In this document: piece by piece, positions 8,425 to 14,999 of the stretch
Numbering within the stretch: position 1 is the stretch's first letter
How the letters are laid out: each line of letters opens with the position of its first letter
Assembly (NCBI GenBank): GCA_018985225.1
Contig: JADGIF010000200.1
Location: 1 to 14,999 of the forward strand
Reading direction: 5' to 3'
Source of the DNA: Amoeboradix gromovi X-113
Taxonomy: Eukaryota; Fungi; Sanchytriomycota
DNA length: 14,999 bases
Program-made: the position numbers and the translations under genes
Notes under the pieces: generated by a model
Database searches by the model: none
What the model saw: only the letters and a program-made list of their open reading frames with translations
Told to the model about the DNA's origin: nothing

Positions 8425-8737
8425 CCTGGAAAGATTTTTCGGTCCCATTACATGTCATCAAGCCTTTTCTCAATATCAAAATGCACTTGCAATATATCTT
8501 TCAAAATAACTTGGCTGATTAGCACTTGAGCATATGCTGCAATATCTCAGCCGATAACCATTTTCATATTGTCTTGATGTTTGTAATGTTGTCTTACTCA
8601 CAAACAAGGCAGAATTTGAATGTCTTCCTTTATTCTATCATCTTCACAGCATATCCCTTCTTAATCCTGATAAACTTTTGTGTCTGATGACACGAAGATG
8701 TTGGATTCAGAGTGTGATTTCTAGGTGTTCCTTCTAT
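8425..8737 (-). mobile_element. Heavily decayed Fanzor1-like nuclease relic (C-terminal part; stops and frameshifts)
   Basis: Manual minus-strand translation gives IEG...NPTS...IKKGYAVKMIE*RKTFKFCLVCE (8737-8597). A second frame gives YRLRYCSICSSANQPSYFERYIASAF (8556-8479), an offset frame gives FDIEKR, and GPKNLSR lies at 8445-8425. These are colinear with the Fanzor1 pattern PT...KxGYxVxx[IV]DExxTSKxCxxC...LxxCxxC...DRDxxAxxNI...RPxxLxR. Confidence 0.6.
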
Positions 8738-8836
8738 TTAGAAATGAAGACTTTTTGTCAGAATGGGTCTCATATATTGGATGAACGAGTTGTAGTCAAG
8801 ATCCAAAAAAAGAATCAAAAAGTTAATCAACTTGTT

Positions 8837-8887
8837 TGAAACAATTGAATGAAACAATTGAATGAAACAATTGAATGAAACCAGTTG
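8837..8887. repeat. 13-bp tandem repeat TGAAACAATTGAA x3 plus a degenerate partial copy
   Basis: Perfect units at 8837, 8850 and 8863; TGAAACCAGTTG at 8876. Each perfect unit contains the palindrome CAATTG. Confidence 0.95.
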
Positions 8888-8900
8888 CTCATTTCAAGTT

Positions 8901-9259
8901 ATGAATTTGTTACTCGTTCAATTATTTGCAAGAACCAGAACCCTTGTGACAAGCGCATTATAAGGAATCACCATTGTCTTCCCAAATGCAACAACTACAT
9001 GGATGCTGGCACAAAGCTTATTGAGTGCAAAAGCACCGCAAAAAAAGGTTGCTTAAAGTCTAAAAGCAATTAGATTACAAAGAAAGCAGGATATGATGTT
9101 TGTATGCTAACTTACTACAACTGTCTTCTAACAGGTCCTTGTGCAGACGACTGCTCCGCATTTTTACGCTCTGAAGGTAACAGCGATCGTGAGTGTACTG
9201 CTAATCCTCTGTTGCAAAGTTGTGCAAATGCGAAGAAAGATTGTAAAGATTTATTTTAA
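8901..9259 (+). pseudogene. Disrupted small secreted cysteine-rich protein (about 120 aa, 12 Cys)
   Basis: ATG 8901 gives MNLLLVQLFA. A -1 shift near 8930 joins KNQNPCDKR...GCLKSKSN, which ends at an in-frame TAG (9071-9073). The same frame then continues ITKKAGYDVCMLTYYNCLLTGPCADDCSAFLRSEGNSDRECTANPLLQSCANAKKDCKDLF to TAA at 9259. Confidence 0.65.
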
Positions 9260-9575
9260 ATAGTAAGCCATTGTCTTCAAAATAATAAATCTTGATGCTT
9301 ATGGATATTATAATTTACTCGGGCTCTACTAATGTGGATGCTAACATTGTATTGAGCAGGACTAGCTTTTAGCAAAACAAATTTCATCGCTTGTTGCAAT
9401 GACAACATTGTAGAAATCCACGTAAAAAGTGTTGTGTTTTTAAGAACCCAATGATAGTAAGGTTCCAACTTTCATAGAGCTGGAATGTGGGCTTTCGAAT
9501 GGCTTTCTGACATCCAATCACTATTTTCAGAAACGATTTAAGAAATTGTCAGCCCATGTGAATCAAAAGTGCAGG

Positions 9576-11312
9576 ATGTTGACGATCTGCATTTCGATCG
9601 CAACAGCGGTATCCATAGATTGCCCAAAGGTGGTAAGTTTAGCTACAGGATTAAACATGAATTCTGTTAATCCAGAACACATGTCTACAATAAGTGTAAA
9701 CTGTTGCAATAATACTAGAGTCACTTGCACCATCGATAGAGTGATAAAAATAGACTGGAGTAGTATGGGACTCACTGGATTTATCAACGGTAGTTACATC
9801 CCAAGTTACTTACAGAGTTTAAATCTAGGAAACAATGCCATAGAAGGCACAATTCCATCCACTCTACCATCTTCCTTAACATATCTCAATCTTCAAAACA
9901 ATTTACTAGTGGGTTCCATCCCTGCCTTGCCACCTTCCTTGACGACACTGACTTTGGTATCAAACATGTTAAATGGTACTCTCACAAATTTCCCAAGTAC
10001 TTTGACAAACATCCGTATAGGCTATAACTCACTAACAGGAACGATACCTGCTCTTCCAACATCTCTTCAGACTCTGTATCTCTTCTATAACAAATTTTCT
10101 GGCTTCATACCAAACCTGCCTGCAACCTTAAAAGATTTCAGAGCAGGCCAAAACTCTTTGAGCGGAAGTATTCCGACTTTGCCACCATCATTGTCTGCAT
10201 TGCTGCTACCTAACAACTGTTTGACTGGTAATTTACCATTGCTTCCAACTAAGTTAAACACTATTTACCTTTCAAGCAACCAATTGACAGGTTCAATACC
10301 AAGTCTTCCAAGTGGTTTAACTGATTTAAGACTGCAGAGCAACCAGTTTTCAGGAACAATTCCTGCAAACCTTCCTAGTATGCTACAGTATTTGATGCTG
10401 AACTCGAACTTATTCACAGGAAGCATTCCAAGCCTTCCACTTCAGTTGATATGGTTATCGTTGTACCAGAATTCTATATCCGGTGCTGTTCCAGATAATT
10501 TACCAAACACTTTGACAAACCTCGACTTGCATGATAATCGGCTGTCTGGTAATCTTGCTAACATGCCTACTAGTTTAACTTACCTTGATGTATCAATCAA
10601 CGGGTTTTCCGGTACATTAAGCATTCACAAACCAGGTTATTTGAATATAAAGAGCAACAACATTACAGATGTGTTTATCAGCGATACTTCAACACTGAAA
10701 TTTTGTGATTTGAGTAGCAATCCCTTAGTACAAAGTAGTAACATAAACAGTTTGACAATGTGTACAATCATTGAAGAGAGAACTTCAACCACAATGAAAA
10801 GCATGTTATCTACATTAGTACGGGAAACGAAAAGTTCATCAGAGGCAGCAAGTATTGCTAGTTTATCAGGGATTCGTAGCAGTATCACAAAAACGATGGC
10901 GAATATCAATGCGATATCTTCTAAACATCATGAAATTCATGCAACATCAGTCTTAGAAACCTCTCTAGATGACTTAGACACATCCTCTTATACTAGTGAA
11001 ATAGACTTTGATAAATATACATTACAGAACAGATCTGAAATTACTACTTTAAACATCTTGACCGGGTTCAAGAAAAGTTCTGTTAGTTCAAAATCTACAA
11101 GCATAATTAGTGATTTAGATGGAGCAGATGCAAAATCAAATACTAGCCAAACCAAAACTTTGACATATGTGTTAGCTGGAGTTGGAGTTTTTAGTCTAAT
11201 AGCCGTTATAGCATCAGTTCTGTTAAGAAAACCTCAAAACGAGTATCCTGCTGAGAGGAAACGACATCGTCATAGGCGAAGAAATAGCATTCGTCATATA
11301 CAAACGATGTAA
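9576..11312 (+). CDS. Single-pass leucine-rich-repeat receptor-like surface protein
   Basis: The first ATG is at 9576 (MLTICISIATAVS). It has a Cys N-cap, about 13 regular 21-22 aa repeats LPxxLxxLxLxxNxLxGxIPx, a C-cap CDLSSNPL...C and a Ser/Thr stalk. These are followed by the TM segment YVLAGVGVFSLIAVIASVLL and a short Arg-rich tail. Confidence 0.88.
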   Translation: MLTICISIATAVSIDCPKVVSLATGLNMNSVNPEHMSTISVNCCNNTRVTCTIDRVIKIDWSSMGLTGFINGSYIPSYLQSLNLGNNAIEGTIPSTLPSSLTYLNLQNNLLVGSIPALPPSLTTLTLVSNMLNGTLTNFPSTLTNIRIGYNSLTGTIPALPTSLQTLYLFYNKFSGFIPNLPATLKDFRAGQNSLSGSIPTLPPSLSALLLPNNCLTGNLPLLPTKLNTIYLSSNQLTGSIPSLPSGLTDLRLQSNQFSGTIPANLPSMLQYLMLNSNLFTGSIPSLPLQLIWLSLYQNSISGAVPDNLPNTLTNLDLHDNRLSGNLANMPTSLTYLDVSINGFSGTLSIHKPGYLNIKSNNITDVFISDTSTLKFCDLSSNPLVQSSNINSLTMCTIIEERTSTTMKSMLSTLVRETKSSSEAASIASLSGIRSSITKTMANINAISSKHHEIHATSVLETSLDDLDTSSYTSEIDFDKYTLQNRSEITTLNILTGFKKSSVSSKSTSIISDLDGADAKSNTSQTKTLTYVLAGVGVFSLIAVIASVLLRKPQNEYPAERKRHRHRRRNSIRHIQTM

Positions 11313-11518
11313 GTTCAGTAAATTATTAGACTATCACAGGCCACGATTTAAAGCTCAACCAATTTTATTCAATAATTGCTCATCTTACAAATTCTGTGAG
11401 GAAGACTATAGCCATTAAGAAATCATAGTTTGGCTACTGCATTGTCTCTTTGCGGCATGAGATGAGCAGAAGAGCGCATGTCGAATGCTGCGGCAAAATG
11501 AGTCCTTGAAACATAGCC

Positions 11519-13000
11519 ATGCTTTTAAGTGCAATCTTCGGGGCAAAAATGATAGTAGGTTGCGCTTTAGGAGGTACATTCTCACACGCTCGCCCAATTC
11601 TAGCTTATTTAAGTGCTTTACAAGAGAGAGGCCATAAGGTAGCATTTGCCTCGGTCTCTGAGAACTTATCGTATATGAAGAATTACACCTTTGATTTTTT
11701 GGATCTAGGACCTCAACCGGATAACGGTAAAAGTCACAAAGAGATAATTGAAAGAGAAGACTTAGATTTATTTGTTGACCTACCGTATGCTAGAAAAAAC
11801 ATTTTTGACATTCACTACAATTCTTCTATGTTAGGCTTTCAGAGAGTCTTATCAAATATATCAGTAGATTTTTTTATATGCGATGTCTTTGCTGAGGCGT
11901 GTTTTGACACAGCAATAAAGAATAACACCGAGTATGCTGTCGCTTCATTTGCACTGGGACTTGGTGGATTCTACGACTATCCATACATACCTAGTGCCTT
12001 TATGGAAGAAACTGAACAGAACTGGGGGTTTCGGCAGCGATTCTTGAAAACTTGGTACATACTCCCTAAGCTAATATACTTCATGTTGCCATCTGTGAGA
12101 GAGCTGGACAGCAAGAGATCTAAATTCAATGTAGCGCCTTCAAAAGGTCCTTCAGATAGGTTCAATAATAGGCTTTATATTTTGAACACCTTGCCGGGAT
12201 TTTGGAATGTGGAGATACCTCCAAATGTGATACAAATTGGTCCAGTGTTCCAAAATCCTTTTTCAAAGATGGATTCAAGCACCAAGGGTTGGCTGGATTC
12301 TCAGTCTAGGACTGGTAAAAAGGTTGCGTATGTAGCATTTGGGAGTATGGCTTATTTAGCTGCTTCTCACCTGCTGAAAATATTTTCTGGTCTTAAATGC
12401 GCTGGATATTCAGTGCTGTTTGCTTCCAAATCATTTAATGCTTCGGAATTTTCTAGTGAAGATTTGGTTAATGTATTTCACATAAAATGGGCTGCACAAC
12501 AAGACATCCTTCACCACTCTGCCGTTAAGTTGTTTGTCAGTCACGGGGGAATTGAATCAATGCACGAGTCTATTGAGGCGGGGGTCCCACTTCTAATAAA
12601 GCCATTTTATGGTGACCAGACAATAAATGCGAAAAAGATCAAAGGTGCTCACATTGGAGAGTACATACTGAATAAGTACAACTTTCAAAGCAATGAGATA
12701 TGTGAGTTGTCTGCCAAAATATCCAACTCTACGACATACACAACTAGCATGAAGAAATATCAGGCATTGCTGAAATTGAAGGTCCGTAATAATGTTAATC
12801 TTGCAGCTGATTATATCGAATATGTTATGGAGAATGGTGTGGATATATTAACCACTAAATCGCAGAACATGAACGTCTTTGCCGCATCCAACTACGATGT
12901 TATATTGTCAGGATACATTCTTTTATTTGTAGCTGCAATGGCATTTTACAAATGTGCAAAATGGATTTTGAAGTCAAAGAAAAAGATAAAAAAAGAATAA
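11519..13000 (+). CDS. UDP-glycosyltransferase (GT1/UGT), ER membrane-anchored type
   Basis: N-terminal SH...L..RGH.V, DFFICDVF and AYVAFGS. UGT signature WAAQQDILHH...FVSHGGIESMHESIEAGVPLLIKPFYGDQ..NA. It ends with a hydrophobic helix and KKKIKKE. Confidence 0.92.
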   Translation: MLLSAIFGAKMIVGCALGGTFSHARPILAYLSALQERGHKVAFASVSENLSYMKNYTFDFLDLGPQPDNGKSHKEIIEREDLDLFVDLPYARKNIFDIHYNSSMLGFQRVLSNISVDFFICDVFAEACFDTAIKNNTEYAVASFALGLGGFYDYPYIPSAFMEETEQNWGFRQRFLKTWYILPKLIYFMLPSVRELDSKRSKFNVAPSKGPSDRFNNRLYILNTLPGFWNVEIPPNVIQIGPVFQNPFSKMDSSTKGWLDSQSRTGKKVAYVAFGSMAYLAASHLLKIFSGLKCAGYSVLFASKSFNASEFSSEDLVNVFHIKWAAQQDILHHSAVKLFVSHGGIESMHESIEAGVPLLIKPFYGDQTINAKKIKGAHIGEYILNKYNFQSNEICELSAKISNSTTYTTSMKKYQALLKLKVRNNVNLAADYIEYVMENGVDILTTKSQNMNVFAASNYDVILSGYILLFVAAMAFYKCAKWILKSKKKIKKE

Positions 13001-13358
13001 ATTCCATTCACTAATTTCTGCTGTTTGTTTTTCTACTCATTGTAATAAAGTGTTTCCATTATCGTTTAAAATTAAGAGATACTTTGGCAAATCTAGCCAT
13101 TAATCCTTTATTGCGAATTATATAAACCGTATTCAGAGTAAAACGTCAGCCTAAGAACATCAAGATAAATTCCTTATACTTGGACAGACTGTATGATGTG
13201 CAACATATTTATTTGAGTATTTTTAGACCAAAGTGCGCTTTAAATTCTGCAACACCAGATTGAACCAAAAACCAGCATCTATGTGTATATTCATCTTCTC
13301 ACTACTCTATTTGTTCATATGTCTACGTGATCTCCAAACCCTAAGTGATACTAAACAT

Positions 13359-14333
13359 TTATTCCGCAAGTTTGCTCAAATCCATAAACGACATTCTAAA
13401 TATTTCATTCTCGGCAACCTCTTCGTAGTTGTCTTGCTTCATGGCTGCTATTTTAGCATTTAGTAGTTTAAGTACTTGTTGTTGGATTTTAACCTCATCC
13501 TCTTGGGAATGATTTTGAAAAACTATTTTGGGTATATTAGATACAATTCCATCAAGTTTGCGTTGCAATTCTTCCTGAGTGTCTGGTTTACGATGAAGCA
13601 GCATTTTAATTTCTGATTTGGATGACATGCTGAAATTTGCAGGCGATCGATAATCTAATTTGACCATTACAGCACCAATTTGAGTATCTACCACGGGCAT
13701 ATCATAGCTGAGACGCTCGTCAGTGTTATCTATCTGCTTTTCCAATGGAAATGCATCTGATTCTGGTGGATCCTGAGAATACAAATTAAATGTGACATGC
13801 CATCCAAATCTCTTCATTATTTTGGACTTCTCAGACTTGAGTAGATTATGAGCAGGCAATCTCTTCAAAATAGCAAGCAAAAGCCTGAAGTATTGGCACG
13901 CAAACTTATAGACGGATTTGATGTCCAAATCTTGTTTTTTAGAGTCATCAAGAGATATTAGCCATTTCTCAAGTACCACTGATTTTATTTCTTTGGATAT
14001 CTCGTTCTGATTAAAATAAATTTTAGTGTTGTCGTTGAGATGCTTCCAACTTAAAATAATCTCTAATGTTGTTGGTTGCAAAAATACAGGCAGATCAGAA
14101 GAAAGCCTATCCATCCATGAGAGATCCAAATGAATAGGCTCAGATTGGTATAGGAGATTAAACCAGTGGTCTTGTGGAGAGACCAGATTAGATGTATTTA
14201 ATCTTGATTGAAGAATTGTTTGAAATAGCTTTTCGTAGAAGTGACGAAGCATTGATATTAGTTTGGAGCGACTTTGGTGAAAATTAGACAGCTGGCTCAA
14301 TGGTGATGAAGACAATTCACTAGTTTCCGACAT
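13359..14333 (-). CDS. ATG13: Autophagy-related protein 13 (HORMA domain), short form
   Basis: KL...HFYEKLFQTILQSR, DHWFNL, LEIIL, VVLEKWLISL, VYK....FRLL....RLPAHNL and VDTQIG...V..DYR follow the order of conserved Atg13 HORMA motifs. Confidence 0.8.
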   Translation of the reverse strand: MSETSELSSSPLSQLSNFHQSRSKLISMLRHFYEKLFQTILQSRLNTSNLVSPQDHWFNLLYQSEPIHLDLSWMDRLSSDLPVFLQPTTLEIILSWKHLNDNTKIYFNQNEISKEIKSVVLEKWLISLDDSKKQDLDIKSVYKFACQYFRLLLAILKRLPAHNLLKSEKSKIMKRFGWHVTFNLYSQDPPESDAFPLEKQIDNTDERLSYDMPVVDTQIGAVMVKLDYRSPANFSMSSKSEIKMLLHRKPDTQEELQRKLDGIVSNIPKIVFQNHSQEDEVKIQQQVLKLLNAKIAAMKQDNYEEVAENEIFRMSFMDLSKLAE

Positions 14334-14999
14334 AGAGAGTTCACAAATTCAATGGTCTGAAGGAGAAATATATGCGTCAATCCTTGTAAAAAGTAGACTG
14401 AAATAGCGTAAAAGCGAATGACTAGAGAGCAGCAAAAGGCTTAAAGATTCTAATAGATCCCCTAAAGCATCGAGAAGACAACATGGAAGTCTTGCTAGAG
14501 CACTATTCTAGCAACAAATTCTTCGCTAACACCAAAAAGCTCGCCAAAAGTAATTAATTGTATAGAAAATAGTTGCATAAGCTATGCAAAACGATAAAGT
14601 GAAAAGTAACAACATCCAAACTGTGCTTAGCTTTAATTAGAATTTATAGATGCGTTAAGCAATCAATTATAGATCCAGGTTATGCCAATGCATCCACTTT
14701 GATGCAGTTCTAAATTAAGATGTAAATACGTGTAAAAGCGATCATAAATTCATAGTAGGTTTATTGAGCGATCAGTAATTTGACAGACAAAAACGAGGAA
14801 TAACCAGCAATGAACTTTCACTTAGAGCAGATGTGAATACGGAAGTCTCCACTTGAATATGTCTTCTTTGTAAGATCCCTTGTTTTAAATAGTTGTCTAG
14901 ATTTTGAAGCGTCTGCAAAAGAAACAAAGGGGACATGCTCTGTAAAAACTAGACTAGACAATTTGTATCGAAATTTCAAAAATAAATATTCTGTACAGC

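Noticed and set aside
8837-8887. Repeat as a CRISPR array or telomere
   Set aside because: The units are 13 bp with no spacers, there are only about 4, they are internal, and the context is eukaryotic.
9071-9073. In-frame TAG as evidence for a TAR=Gln alternative genetic code
   Set aside because: The conserved genes contain no internal TAA/TAG and end on them at expected positions (DBP4 on TAG; OMA1 and UGT on TAA).
9277-9468. 63-aa minus-strand ORF, and a plus-strand fragment (MWMLTLY*AGLAFSKTNFIACC...) resembling another decayed secreted gene
   Set aside because: There is no recognisable motif and both are too short or interrupted to support.
9563-13463. Small overlapping ORFs at 9563-9787, 10637-10909, 11415-11645, 11977-12165 and 13233-13463
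   Set aside because: They are antisense to well-supported genes and lack independent coding signals.
14345-14940. Short hydrophobic minus-strand fragments (e.g. MLLLFTLSFCIAYATIFY) suggesting a decayed membrane-protein gene
   Set aside because: There are many stops and no family motif, and T-rich DNA yields hydrophobic translations by chance.

Overview
This is AT-rich, gene-dense eukaryotic DNA with no apparent introns and the standard genetic code. It most resembles a compact-genome, early-diverging fungus or related holomycotan (inference only). Three housekeeping genes are present: the DBP4/DDX10 helicase, the OMA1 protease and a short ATG13. They are interleaved with secreted or surface genes: three paralogous histidine-brace, LPMO-like proteins that I cannot place in a named AA family, a 21-aa-repeat LRR single-pass receptor-like protein, an ER-type UDP-glycosyltransferase and a disrupted 12-Cys small secreted protein gene. 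OMA1 is flanked by two decayed RNA-guided nuclease relics. One is a Fanzor2/IS607-TnpB-like C-terminal fragment with a structured downstream region. The other is a frameshifted Fanzor1-like fragment that is not in the ORF track. All six secretory-pathway genes appear to have unusually short (about 8-13 aa) signal peptides.
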